DNA from: Parcubacteria bacterium C7867-001
GTDB lineage: Bacteria; Patescibacteriota; Minisyncoccia; Phycocordibacterales; Phycocordibacteraceae
Assembly (NCBI GenBank): GCA_001189095.1
Contig: LFCK01000003.1
Location: 1-53,018, forward strand
DNA: 53,018 nucleotides
Reading direction: 5' to 3'
Shown piece after piece: positions 16,377 through 26,051 of this stretch (positions within the stretch are counted from its first letter, which is position 1; each line of letters begins with the position of its first letter). The notes beneath the pieces are model-generated. The model did no database searches. It worked only from the letters and a program-made list of their open reading frames with translations, and was not told the DNA's origin. The position numbers were made by a program, and so were the translations under genes.

Positions 16377-18523
16377 TTAATACCGAGTTGCTGGAGAAGC
16401 CCCGCACCTTGCGCCGCTGCTTCGGGATGATCCTTGATTGCCATCTCCACCTGAGCTTTCGCCTCCGCATAGCGCCCGTTAAGTGCGTACACCTGCGCAA
16501 GACTGAAGCGCGCGACCGCAGAACCTCCGTCTTCCTTTATCTTCTGTTCGAGGGGACCAATCATCTTAGCGTATTGCTTGGTTTCGTAATACGAAGCGAT
16601 GAGGATGTCGCTGTTTACCGCCGTGGTGCCATATGCGTCGAGAAGAAACTTCTCGCCCTCCTGCGTCTTGCCAGTGACGATGCGACCCGCGGCAACATAA
16701 GCAGCGAGCTGCGGGAATTGCGGCGCGAGGCTGTACGCCTTGGTGAAGGCTTGATCCGCGACCGCCGTATTGCCTCCCGTCCATGCCGTGACACCGTATT
16801 CGATGAAGAGCGACACTTTATTTGGGGAGAGCGACAGCGCGGTTTCGAACTCATTGGCCGCGTTCGGGATGGCGCCGAAGCTGCGGTATGCGATGGCCTG
16901 CTGCATATGGAGACGCGCGTCCTTTGGTGCTCGCTGCAACTCTTGGTTCATCTGATCAATGCCATATACGGCAAATTCATTTTTGAGCTCATTCGATGCA
17001 TTGCTCTGCACAACCGCCGTCGCAAACGAAAGGATCTGTTCGCGAACTTCCTGCGTGGCAAAGGAGTTATTCCCTACCGCCTCCTTAAAGAGTGCAAGAT
17101 TCTTCGAAAGATCCTGTTGCGGGGTAAGTGCCTTTATGAGGGTTCCTGCGGTTGCCATAGCTGGAACGTTCACGAACCACACAATAAGAAGACCTGCGAT
17201 TGCGCCCACCACAACTATCGGCGTCGTTGCATTCACACCCTTCGGCTCTGGAAGCGCTTCGAGCTTCTTGATGGGACGCGCTGCCGCAGCGTGCGCACAC
17301 GCGAGAAGTGCTGCAAGTGGTATGTACGTGAAGAGGTTGTCGAAGACGAAGATGCTTTGGAACGCGTATGCGGCAAGCGCACTTGTCAGCATGACGCGCT
17401 CTGCTTTGGAAGCTCCACCACGATAGAGCGTAAAGACGGCACTGCCGAGAAGCGCGAGGAAGAGAAGGAGCGCCGGAAGACCACCTGCAATGAGCCAGTC
17501 GAGGAAGACGTCGTGTGCGCGGTCGAACCACTGCTCCTGTGCATAGAGCGCGGGATTGTAGTGTGAGTTGAAGACATAGTTGAAACCTTCCTGACCCCAA
17601 CCAAATACGGGACGCTCGAGGAATCCTTGCCATGCGATATCCCAGATAGCGAAGCGTGTACTGCCATCGTTAAGCGAGATTGAGGCGATGCGACCAAGAA
17701 CAGGATCGTTCTTTATAAAGGAGGTGTCTTTGAGCGCGAAGAACCCGGCAACGAGCACCAAGAGAACACCGAGCACGATGCCCGCACTCTTGCGCGCCTT
17801 CTGCTTCGATTCGAGAACCCAGAGACCTGCGCCGAGAATGGCTGCACCTACGAGACCAAGAATGGCACCGCGTGTTGCAGTTGCGAAGAGGATGAATACC
17901 TCGACCGCGGTGAGCGCGAAGAGCGTGTAGCGCATTGCTCCCTTTGATTCGAGTGCTTGCCACAAAGAGACTGCAATCGCGAAGAGGAGGTATGCAGCGA
18001 GATATGCCGCATTACCGAGCGTTGCATCGACACGGGTCGAACCCTGATGGATAGCAAGCCCGCCGCCCACCTGCAAAAGGGCGTAGAAAAGAACAAGCGA
18101 GACCGCAGAGAGGAAGGTGAGCCACCATTTGCGCCAAAGCTTATCGACGGTGAGCACGGTGCCCGCCACGAGGAAGAATCCGTAGAGGTGAATGAGCGTC
18201 ACGAAACCGTCCATGCGCTCGAAGTTGCTCCAGAGAGCCTTGTGCGGATTTTCAGCGAGAAGGTCGGCGATCAGCATCCAAACCGCAAAAGCACTGTAGA
18301 GCACAAAGGTCCACGAGAACTGCGGACGATACTTCTTATCAAGCACCGCAAGGAGCACATACGCCGTCACCGCTACCTCGACCAAGATACGGAAGAGGAA
18401 GCCCTTACCCGTTATGAATGGGAAGTAAAAGGTCGGCAGGAGCGGCGAACCGAACACAATGAGCGAAAGGAACGGGATAGCGAATAAGGGGATGTAAATA
18501 GCCCAGCGCAACGCGGTTTTCAT
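16373..18523 (-). CDS. O-antigen ligase/polymerase-like (Wzy_C-type) polytopic membrane protein with C-terminal TPR repeats
   Basis: 716 aa with about 12 hydrophobic helices. Contains an ATATRGAILGLVGA-type ligase loop. The C-terminal ~250 aa carry TPR-like A..Y/A..A repeats. Confidence 0.7.
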   Translation of the reverse strand: MKTALRWAIYIPLFAIPFLSLIVFGSPLLPTFYFPFITGKGFLFRILVEVAVTAYVLLAVLDKKYRPQFSWTFVLYSAFAVWMLIADLLAENPHKALWSNFERMDGFVTLIHLYGFFLVAGTVLTVDKLWRKWWLTFLSAVSLVLFYALLQVGGGLAIHQGSTRVDATLGNAAYLAAYLLFAIAVSLWQALESKGAMRYTLFALTAVEVFILFATATRGAILGLVGAAILGAGLWVLESKQKARKSAGIVLGVLLVLVAGFFALKDTSFIKNDPVLGRIASISLNDGSTRFAIWDIAWQGFLERPVFGWGQEGFNYVFNSHYNPALYAQEQWFDRAHDVFLDWLIAGGLPALLLFLALLGSAVFTLYRGGASKAERVMLTSALAAYAFQSIFVFDNLFTYIPLAALLACAHAAAARPIKKLEALPEPKGVNATTPIVVVGAIAGLLIVWFVNVPAMATAGTLIKALTPQQDLSKNLALFKEAVGNNSFATQEVREQILSFATAVVQSNASNELKNEFAVYGIDQMNQELQRAPKDARLHMQQAIAYRSFGAIPNAANEFETALSLSPNKVSLFIEYGVTAWTGGNTAVADQAFTKAYSLAPQFPQLAAYVAAGRIVTGKTQEGEKFLLDAYGTTAVNSDILIASYYETKQYAKMIGPLEQKIKEDGGSAVARFSLAQVYALNGRYAEAKAQVEMAIKDHPEAAAQGAGLLQQLGIK

Positions 18524-18551
18524 ATGGGGAGACTATACCACGCAGCAAAGC

Positions 18552-19232
18552 TCATGATTTGTACTGAAATATAAGGGTGCGAGGAGCTGCAGCCACAAGT
18601 TTATACTCCTTCTCCGTAAGGAAGCGGTACGCCTCACTCGCGGAGGGTTGTGCCATAGTAAAGGTAGTGTCCTCGATAGCGATGAGGCGTGGAGGATGTT
18701 CCCAATCAAGCGTCGAAAGGACTTCTACATCAAACCCTTCAACGTCTACCGAGAGAACGTCGACAGCAGTTACTCCCTGCTCACGAAGCATTTCAGACAA
18801 AGGCCGGACTCTCATGCTGCGTTCTCGAACGAAAGCGGGATAGGGCTGCGAGCGCACAATGTCTGCCTGTTGCTTGCTGAAAGTATTGTATGCACCATCC
18901 GAAAATTCATAGTACGTGCTTGTACCAGCAACCGAAGCAACCCCCTCTTGGACGAAACGGTCACGCGGACGGAAAAAGGAAAAGAGTGGGCGCAGAGATG
19001 CATTCGGCTCAACTACGACCCCTTTCCAGCCGCGCCGATAGAGGCGGTAGGTATTTGAGTACTGTATCGGGTGGTATGCGCCGACATCAACGTAGGTTCC
19101 TATCTTATCTTTCGGGAGGAACGTCTCGACGAGAATATCTTCTCCGTCTTGGCTATAGGAAGAGCGTACTCCTCGCCCGAGGACGAGTTTCAAAAGAATT
19201 CTTGCGATGGAGTAGAGAGCTCGGAGCGACAC
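18552..19232 (-). CDS. FkbM-family methyltransferase
   Basis: SQDGEDILV...GTYVDVGAYHPIQYSNTYRLYRRGWKGVVVEPN is typical of FkbM/Methyltransf_21 proteins. Confidence 0.75.
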   Translation of the reverse strand: MSLRALYSIARILLKLVLGRGVRSSYSQDGEDILVETFLPKDKIGTYVDVGAYHPIQYSNTYRLYRRGWKGVVVEPNASLRPLFSFFRPRDRFVQEGVASVAGTSTYYEFSDGAYNTFSKQQADIVRSQPYPAFVRERSMRVRPLSEMLREQGVTAVDVLSVDVEGFDVEVLSTLDWEHPPRLIAIEDTTFTMAQPSASEAYRFLTEKEYKLVAAAPRTLIFQYKS

Positions 19233-19314
19233 AGTGCAACCATGGTACGACGTGAGCTAGTTACACTCAAGCAGGCACGGGAGCCTGCGAGGAGGTATTA
19301 TTAGGTACGCACTC

Positions 19315-20598
19315 ATGCTACGCCACATTAAAGAACGAGCAGCAACCGCTCTCCGCTCGACCGAACGATATACAAAAACCGACATGGTATACCTCGTCAC
19401 CAACGGCGGGTGGCTTACCTTTGCCCAAATAGCAATTGGACTTATTGCCTTCCTTCTCTCGATTGCCTTTGCAAACTTCGTTCCGAAGGACGTGTACGGC
19501 GATTACCGATTCCTTATCTCAATTTTCTGGACACTTTCCGCGTTTTCAATGACCGGTCTCGCACCGGCACTTTCGCGAGCCGTTGCTAAGGGAGAAGACG
19601 GATCTTACGGATCGGCAGTGCGATTAAGTATCTTGTGGAGCATCCCAATGGCTCTTGTAGGGATGGGTATTGCAGGCTACTACGCGACGCAAGGAAACTT
19701 CGAGCTCGCTGGAGGAGCGCTTATCATCGCACTTATCGGACCCTTCTGGCAGGGCTCATATTTCTTCGGATCGTTCCTTGAAGGCAAGCAGGCTTTTCGT
19801 GAAAACGCGATCGCAGGAATCCTCCTTAATCTCATACCTGCCGCACTCTTACTCGCAGCGATGTTCCTTGCGCGCGACGCCCTTGTCTTCCTCAGTATTT
19901 ATCTTGGCGCCAGCATCCTGACCGCGTTCGGCATTTCGTGGTATGTGTCGCGGAAATACGGAGCTGCCAAGACGCCACTCTCTGCGGAAGCAAAGAATCT
20001 GAGCGGGCATTTCAGCATTATGTCGATCCTTTCCACGCTTGCCCAGCAAATCGACAATATCCTCGTCTATCACTACCTTGGAGCGGTCGAGCTCGCACTC
20101 TACTCATTCGCAACGGCCATACCCGACCAGATGAAAGTTCTCTTCAATACCGTTGCGACCATCGCGCTTCCCCGCTTCGTCAAACGCCCCTTGGCGGAAA
20201 TACAACAGACGTTCTGGTACCGTTTTGCCGGATTCTCGGCGCTCGCAATTGTTGCGACGCTCCTCTATGTTGTACTCGCTCCCCTCTTCTTCCAGATCTT
20301 CTTCCCCACCTATGCAGACGCCGTTCCCTACTCCCAACTCTTCGCGCTGTCGCTCATACCGATCGGAGCGATTATTCCTGTAACCATACTAGAAGCGCAT
20401 GCAAAGAAACGTGAATTGTACATATACAACGTACTCGGCCCCGTCTTCCAAATCGTCAGTATGTTTATCGGCATCGTCTTCTACGGACTTGTAGGTCTCA
20501 TCGTCGCACGCATCGTCTCGCGCGTGTTCGGACTTATTCTTGGAGGAATTCTTATTCGGACCGCAAAAGGAGGAAACGAGGTGATTAATCCTGTCTAG
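19315..20598 (+). CDS. Wzx-like oligosaccharide flippase (MOP superfamily)
   Basis: 427 aa with about 12 TM helices and a polysaccharide-biosynthesis-protein-like N-terminus. It is the only plus-strand gene of the locus. Confidence 0.7.
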   Translation: MLRHIKERAATALRSTERYTKTDMVYLVTNGGWLTFAQIAIGLIAFLLSIAFANFVPKDVYGDYRFLISIFWTLSAFSMTGLAPALSRAVAKGEDGSYGSAVRLSILWSIPMALVGMGIAGYYATQGNFELAGGALIIALIGPFWQGSYFFGSFLEGKQAFRENAIAGILLNLIPAALLLAAMFLARDALVFLSIYLGASILTAFGISWYVSRKYGAAKTPLSAEAKNLSGHFSIMSILSTLAQQIDNILVYHYLGAVELALYSFATAIPDQMKVLFNTVATIALPRFVKRPLAEIQQTFWYRFAGFSALAIVATLLYVVLAPLFFQIFFPTYADAVPYSQLFALSLIPIGAIIPVTILEAHAKKRELYIYNVLGPVFQIVSMFIGIVFYGLVGLIVARIVSRVFGLILGGILIRTAKGGNEVINPV

Positions 20599-21160
20599 GA
20601 TTAATCGAGAACGAGCGAGCTTCGGGACGAAGAAGCCATGCGTCGAGTGTTCCAGCGGCCTGATCGCGCGGTGAAAGAATGGGATCCGTAACCGGCCACG
20701 CGATGCCGATACGCGAATCATTCCACACAATATTTGATTCGCCTTCAGGATTATAAAAGGTGTCGTAATAGTATTCGACTTCAGTCGGGTCGGCGAGCGA
20801 GCAGAAACCACTGGCAAAACCAGCGGGTAGGAAAAGTCCTTCTGCTGTTTCCTCGCTTAATTCGCGCGCTTCCCACTCCCCAAGCGTTGGGGAATCGTGA
20901 CGAATATCCACCGCAACGACCAGTGCGCGACCGCGCGCAACGCGGATCAGCTTCGCAAGTGGCTTATCCCACTGAAAATGTAGGCCGCGGACGACTCCAG
21001 CCTGCGAACGAGACCGGTTGTGCTGATGCACGGTGAAGTCGATACCAGCGTCCTCGAAAGCGCGTTTGTTCAGCGACTCGAAGAAAAAGCCGCGCTCGTC
21101 CCCATGCTTCTTAGCAGAAGCATGCATGAGACCGGGAAGTCGAAGTGGTGTTAGTACCAT
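20585..21160 (-). CDS. rfbC: dTDP-4-dehydrorhamnose 3,5-epimerase
   Basis: HGDERGFFFES...VHQHNRSRSQAGVVRGLHFQ...KLIRVARGRALVVAVDIR.DSPTLGEW. Start set at internal ATG 21160 (MVLTPL), overlapping the rfbB stop. The 5' extension of the listed ORF lies inside rfbB. Confidence 0.82.
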   Translation of the reverse strand: MVLTPLRLPGLMHASAKKHGDERGFFFESLNKRAFEDAGIDFTVHQHNRSRSQAGVVRGLHFQWDKPLAKLIRVARGRALVVAVDIRHDSPTLGEWEARELSEETAEGLFLPAGFASGFCSLADPTEVEYYYDTFYNPEGESNIVWNDSRIGIAWPVTDPILSPRDQAAGTLDAWLLRPEARSFSINPRQD

Positions 21161-22194
21161 TGTGCTTTTGACTGCTTTTCGTAGTGATCGACAAATTCCT
21201 TGCGCGCCTTTACCGACTCCCACCACGCGCGATTATCCGTGTACCACTGCGCCGTCGCTGGCAACGCCTCCTCAAGAGCTCGTTCGCGCTTCCATCCAAG
21301 AACCCGCTCGATCTTGCTCGACTCAGGAGCATAGCGGAAGTCAGCAGCAGGGCGATCCCCGACGGTAACGATGTGTGCCGCCATGTCCTTGCCGAAATGC
21401 GTTGCAAGCGACTCTATGATCTCAAGATTCGAACGGTGCTCGCCCGAGATGTTAAAGATATCGAACTGCGCATCATGGTGCGCGATCAGGTCAACGGCAC
21501 GCGCAAAATCGTCGACATGCACCCAGCTGCGCACGTGCGTACCACTTCCGTGGATAGGGATCGTGCCGCCTGACATAAGGTTGGTTATAGAAAGTGGAAT
21601 GAGTTTCTCAGGATACTGATTGGGGCCGTAGTTGTTTCCGCTGCGGACGATGAACACCGGAAGACCGTACACACTCGCATAGGTGCGTGCCAACATGTCG
21701 GCAGCTGCCTTTGACGCAGCATAGGGATTTGAAGGATTGAGCGGTGCTTCCTCTGTCGACATCCCTTCTGGGACGTTGCCGTATACCTCGTCGGTGGAAA
21801 TATGCACCGTGCGCGGGATTTTGTGTGTGCGTGCGGCCTCAAGCACCACACGAGTCCCTTCAACGTTTGTACGAATGAAGTCGCGGAAATTAAATATCGA
21901 ACGATCGACGTGAGACTCCGCCGCGAAATGCACCACGAGATCGAACGACTTCCCTTCGAGAATACGATCAACAAGCTGCGAATCGCAGATATCGCCCTGT
22001 ATATGGTCGTAGCGACGTTCTGCTGGTGCCTTTACGGCTTCGGCCTGTTCCAAATCCTTTAGATTCTCCGGATTTCCAGCATACGTAAGCAGGTCGAGAT
22101 TCACGATTCGATACTCCGGATAGCGGGTATAGAGCCGTCGTATGAAGTGCGAACCCATGAACCCGCACCCTCCGGTTACGAGGACGTATTTCAT
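21151..22194 (-). CDS. rfbB: dTDP-glucose 4,6-dehydratase
   Basis: MKYVLVTGGCGFMGSHFIRRLYTRYPEYRIVNLDLLTYAGNPENL. YAASKAAAD catalytic motif present. Start set at the internal ATG because the listed 5' extension overlaps the upstream gene. Confidence 0.85.
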   Translation of the reverse strand: MKYVLVTGGCGFMGSHFIRRLYTRYPEYRIVNLDLLTYAGNPENLKDLEQAEAVKAPAERRYDHIQGDICDSQLVDRILEGKSFDLVVHFAAESHVDRSIFNFRDFIRTNVEGTRVVLEAARTHKIPRTVHISTDEVYGNVPEGMSTEEAPLNPSNPYAASKAAADMLARTYASVYGLPVFIVRSGNNYGPNQYPEKLIPLSITNLMSGGTIPIHGSGTHVRSWVHVDDFARAVDLIAHHDAQFDIFNISGEHRSNLEIIESLATHFGKDMAAHIVTVGDRPAADFRYAPESSKIERVLGWKRERALEEALPATAQWYTDNRAWWESVKARKEFVDHYEKQSKAQWY

Positions 22195-22198
22195 AGTT

Positions 22199-23419
22199 CT
22201 AGACGCGGTCGAGGAACTTCGCGAGCGTCGTGAGCAAGTAACGCATCTGGGTGTCGGACAGACCATGATGGGCACCGACCAAGAATCCATTACGCGTGAC
22301 ATGATCCGAAACGGGGAACGAAGGTACGGCCTTTCGGTGTTTTATGCGCGCAAACGCAGGCTGGCGCAGCACGGTGCCGGTGAAAATAGGACGCGTCTGA
22401 ATATTCATCTCTTCGAGGTAGCGCGTAATCTCTTCACGCTTGAATGGAACATTCGGACGCAACAGGAACGGGAACGCGAGCCAATTCACCTTCGCTTGTG
22501 GGTGTTCCTTCGGGAGAATGAAGAAACGTTCGTATTTCTTCGCGAATGCATAGAGCTCCTTGAACCGCTTCTTGCGGAGCGCAGCAAAACGCGGAAGTTT
22601 CGCGAGCTGCGCGAGACCGAACGCCGCAGAAATCTCGGTGGACTGGAAGTTGTAGCCTATTTCGGTGAACAGGAATTTCGCGTCGTACGTTTGACCATCG
22701 AGCATTCCCGCAAAACGGAGCTTAATGTCTTCCGATTGCTCGTGACTGCCAAACATGGTTGACTCGCGACCCCATGCCGCAAGGATACGGGCACGACGGG
22801 CACGTTTCTGATCATGGAAACAGACCATGCCGCCGGTGGCTGCCGCAGTAATGATGTGGGAGGCATAGAAGCTTGTGGTCGAGATATCCGAATACGCGCC
22901 TGTTGGCTTCCCTGCAAAAGATCCACCGACCGTGTCGCAGGAATCATCTATCAAGAACAGTCCGTGTTTCTTTGCAATGGATTGCAGTCGCTTGAGGTCA
23001 GGAATATTTCCGAGCAGGGACGGCACCATAATCGCCTTGGTTTTCGGTCCAATCGCCTTCTCCACCTGAGACACATCGATGAGATACGTTCCCTCTGCGA
23101 CGTCTACAAAGACCGGCACAAGACCCTTCTGCACGATAGGAGCGATGGTGGTACCGAACGTCAACACTGGCGTAATCACTTCGCTTCCCGCCGGAAGTTG
23201 GAGTGATTCGAGTGCAATAAGATTTGCCGAAGAACCGGAATTCACGAAAATGCCATCTTTCTTTCCGAACAATGCCGCAATCGATTTCTCGAATTTTGCT
23301 GCTGCAGCCCCGGGGGCGATATGGAGTGGGTCCTTGAGGACACGGTTCACCGCCGCAATTTCCTCTCGACCATATACTGTTCCTGCATACGGAACTCGGA
23401 TTCGTTTTTTAGAATTCAT
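22199..23419 (-). CDS. RfbH/E1-like (DegT family) NDP-4-keto-6-deoxyhexose 3-dehydrase homologue; His replaces the PLP-binding Lys
   Basis: VPYAGTVYGREEIAAVNRVL, VNSGSSANLIA, GSEVITPVLTFGTTIAPIVQ, TTSFYASHIIT (His at the usual Lys position), AWGRES, IQTRPIFTG. GAGGT SD lies upstream. Confidence 0.65.
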   Translation of the reverse strand: MNSKKRIRVPYAGTVYGREEIAAVNRVLKDPLHIAPGAAAAKFEKSIAALFGKKDGIFVNSGSSANLIALESLQLPAGSEVITPVLTFGTTIAPIVQKGLVPVFVDVAEGTYLIDVSQVEKAIGPKTKAIMVPSLLGNIPDLKRLQSIAKKHGLFLIDDSCDTVGGSFAGKPTGAYSDISTTSFYASHIITAAATGGMVCFHDQKRARRARILAAWGRESTMFGSHEQSEDIKLRFAGMLDGQTYDAKFLFTEIGYNFQSTEISAAFGLAQLAKLPRFAALRKKRFKELYAFAKKYERFFILPKEHPQAKVNWLAFPFLLRPNVPFKREEITRYLEEMNIQTRPIFTGTVLRQPAFARIKHRKAVPSFPVSDHVTRNGFLVGAHHGLSDTQMRYLLTTLAKFLDRV

Positions 23420-23489
23420 AAGACCTCGTTATTCGTGCCGAAACAATAGCACGCAGGATACTGCTGAGCAAAGAAATGCAACCTGCGTT

Positions 23490-24392
23490 TTACTTTCTGT
23501 CAAGCCACGCGAGCGTGCGTTCAAGACCTTCTTTAAGTGAAACCTTTGGGCGCCATGAAAAGGCACCGAACGTCTTGGTCATATCGGCCTGCCAACGATC
23601 CGAGTCGTACGAAACCGAGCCGAAACCACCCCACACGACTTCGCTCGTAGAACCTGTTATTTCGAGCGCAGCGTTCGCCAGCGTTTCAAGCGATGTCTTC
23701 TCGCCACTGCCAACATTGAATATTTCGCCCTTGTATTCACCGGCGCGCTCTGCCGCCTCTATTAAAAGAGCGACCACATCATCGATATAGATAAAGTCCC
23801 TCGTGACCGTTGGACTGGTGAGCTCAAGCGATAGACCTGCACGAGCCTTAGTCAGTACTTCGCGCACCAGACGCTTTTCCTGTATACCCGGACCATACGG
23901 AGTAAAAAGACGCAGTGCCACCGTCGACGCGCCTCGCCTGCCGCTTGCAGACGCGAGAAGGGTGCCCGCAAGCTTTGAGACGCTGTAAATTTCGGGGGGC
24001 TCACAGCGCAAATCTTCTGTGAGTGCGTTTGGCTGGGCACCGTATTCGAGAAAGGTACCGACCGTGACACATTGTGCCCCGATCTTTGCAGCAGCTTCGA
24101 CGACCGCATGAGTTCCAAGCACGTTCGTACGGACGACCTCTTCTGGAGCTGCGGTGACACCACTGCGAATATTGGACGCAGCAAGATGAAAGACATGTGT
24201 CGGCCGGAGCTCCTCAAACAGCCGAGTCACAGCTTCTGCATCAGTTATATCGATTTCGTGAGAACGTACCTTTCCAGTCGACGGAACACTACCGACACGC
24301 ACAAGCTCCTCTACTTCAACATCGCGGGCGTGAAGCGCTGCAATAAGATTTCCGCCGACAAAACCACGTCCTCCGGTAACAAGTGCTTTCAT
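23490..24392 (-). CDS. NAD-dependent sugar epimerase/reductase (extended SDR)
   Basis: MKALVTGGRGFVGGNLI (Rossmann GxxGxxG) and a YSVSK catalytic Y..K motif. Confidence 0.75.
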   Translation of the reverse strand: MKALVTGGRGFVGGNLIAALHARDVEVEELVRVGSVPSTGKVRSHEIDITDAEAVTRLFEELRPTHVFHLAASNIRSGVTAAPEEVVRTNVLGTHAVVEAAAKIGAQCVTVGTFLEYGAQPNALTEDLRCEPPEIYSVSKLAGTLLASASGRRGASTVALRLFTPYGPGIQEKRLVREVLTKARAGLSLELTSPTVTRDFIYIDDVVALLIEAAERAGEYKGEIFNVGSGEKTSLETLANAALEITGSTSEVVWGGFGSVSYDSDRWQADMTKTFGAFSWRPKVSLKEGLERTLAWLDRK

Positions 24393-24397
24393 GAGAG

Positions 24398-26047
24398 TTA
24401 GATAGCCACGCGCTTCTGTGCGGCTTGGCTACGCACAAAATCGTAACACTCCGGAGAGACCTTGTAGAGATAGAGATTTTGCCCCAGTCGCATGAGCCGC
24501 CAGAAGTCAGGCGCGAAGTACGAGCCGAGGTTACGCTCGATCGTTACTGGGTGATCATCCCTGCCACCCCCTACAAATGAGGCGATCGGCGACTCTCCAC
24601 AAGCAAGTGACGGTGTATCGATAATCACATATCGATGTGCATACGCGCTCGGCGCAATCGCGTCAGGGGTACTCTGCCAACTTTCAGTTACTGGAGTGAA
24701 CGTCGAGAGTTCATGCGTACGTAGATACGCGCACTTGCTTCCGCAAAACTGTTCTTGTGTTGTCCGAGCAGTCTCGGAGTTCATTGGCAAATCGAGCTCC
24801 ACCACATCTTCGTAAACAAGTGCTTGTTCGCTACGGTATTCGTTTATCACATACGTTCGGGCCAGATTATACGTCGTCGGAACACTCAAGAGCATGAGTG
24901 TATATGCACAAACGACACATTGCATGCCGATGAAGGCGAATGCTGGCAGATGGAGACGCTCAAAGGAAAACGCTGCGACGGCAAGCGCCAAAAAGAATCC
25001 GAACGGAAACATGTAGCGCAGGTAAAGACCCGGATCTGCGTACCATGTCGCTAAGAACGAAAGCACAACGAGATATGCTCCCGCGAACAAAATAGAAACG
25101 ATGAACAGCAGCGTATGCTCGAGATTACGACGGAACAAAGCGATTGCGATGAGTGCTAGTGCGAGCGGGTACGCACTCACGGCCTGAACGGCATGGAGAT
25201 TGAACGATTCGAGAAAGGAGAGCTTGGTGGCACCAACGAGCGGATGATAGTCGGAAAAAACAAGCGCAACGAGCGATACGATATTTTCCCCATTAAGAAG
25301 GAACACAACCGCTAGGAGCGCGACGGACAGAAGGAGTGCTCGTACCCCCGCACGAAGGTAGGTACGCGTACGCGGAAGATATGCGATAAGGATCGGGACG
25401 CAGAGGTACGCAATGCCCGCAAAGAGGAAGTTTCCTGATGCTATCGCCGCCGCCGCGCCGCAGGGATACAGTGCGCGGCAGGCACCCGCGTCGTCCCCTT
25501 CCCTCGCTTTCCGAATAGACCGATACGCATACAAAATCGCGACCGCGACCGCGACAAATGAAAGCACCCACATTTTACCCGTATGGAATATCACCAACGG
25601 CAGCGCGGTCATGAAAAGCGTCGAGAGTGACGCAAGCCGTGCAGTAAGTGAAACTCGCTCTTCTTTCAGGAACCTGTTGAGAAACCACGCAAAGGCAACC
25701 GCAATAACAACGCTCACAACGCGGGGTACGAGGTACGCGAGCTCAGGTGCCAACACAAGCGTTTGTCGAAGCATGTCAACGGAGCCGTGCGACACCAGAA
25801 ACATCACTGCAAGAAATGGCAGCATGAGCGCATACGTAAGATAGAACGTTACGGTGCCATACGGCACGTCTCCCATGAGAGGGACGAGACTCTTTGCTTC
25901 AAGGGCTCGTAACGAACCGCCTACGTAGTACTGCTCATCGGCAATAACATTTACCAAGGGAAACGCATGCCACCACCCGATACAAGAAATAAGAACGAGT
26001 GTAGCGAGAAATGCGTATTCGACGTACCTTGCGCCGAGTATGTTCAT
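24398..26047 (-). CDS. Polytopic membrane protein, candidate GT-C-fold glycosyltransferase (ArnT/PMT-like), paralogue A
   Basis: 549 aa with more than 10 hydrophobic helices followed by a ~150-aa soluble C-terminal domain. Acidic first-loop motif IADEQYYVGG resembles the DE motif of GT-C enzymes. Confidence 0.5.
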   Translation of the reverse strand: MNILGARYVEYAFLATLVLISCIGWWHAFPLVNVIADEQYYVGGSLRALEAKSLVPLMGDVPYGTVTFYLTYALMLPFLAVMFLVSHGSVDMLRQTLVLAPELAYLVPRVVSVVIAVAFAWFLNRFLKEERVSLTARLASLSTLFMTALPLVIFHTGKMWVLSFVAVAVAILYAYRSIRKAREGDDAGACRALYPCGAAAAIASGNFLFAGIAYLCVPILIAYLPRTRTYLRAGVRALLLSVALLAVVFLLNGENIVSLVALVFSDYHPLVGATKLSFLESFNLHAVQAVSAYPLALALIAIALFRRNLEHTLLFIVSILFAGAYLVVLSFLATWYADPGLYLRYMFPFGFFLALAVAAFSFERLHLPAFAFIGMQCVVCAYTLMLLSVPTTYNLARTYVINEYRSEQALVYEDVVELDLPMNSETARTTQEQFCGSKCAYLRTHELSTFTPVTESWQSTPDAIAPSAYAHRYVIIDTPSLACGESPIASFVGGGRDDHPVTIERNLGSYFAPDFWRLMRLGQNLYLYKVSPECYDFVRSQAAQKRVAI

Positions 26048-26051
26048 GGGA

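Noticed and set aside
16388-17566. 392-aa plus-strand ORF
   Set aside because: Antisense shadow inside the O-antigen-ligase-like gene. Arg/Cys-rich translation with no membrane or domain signature.
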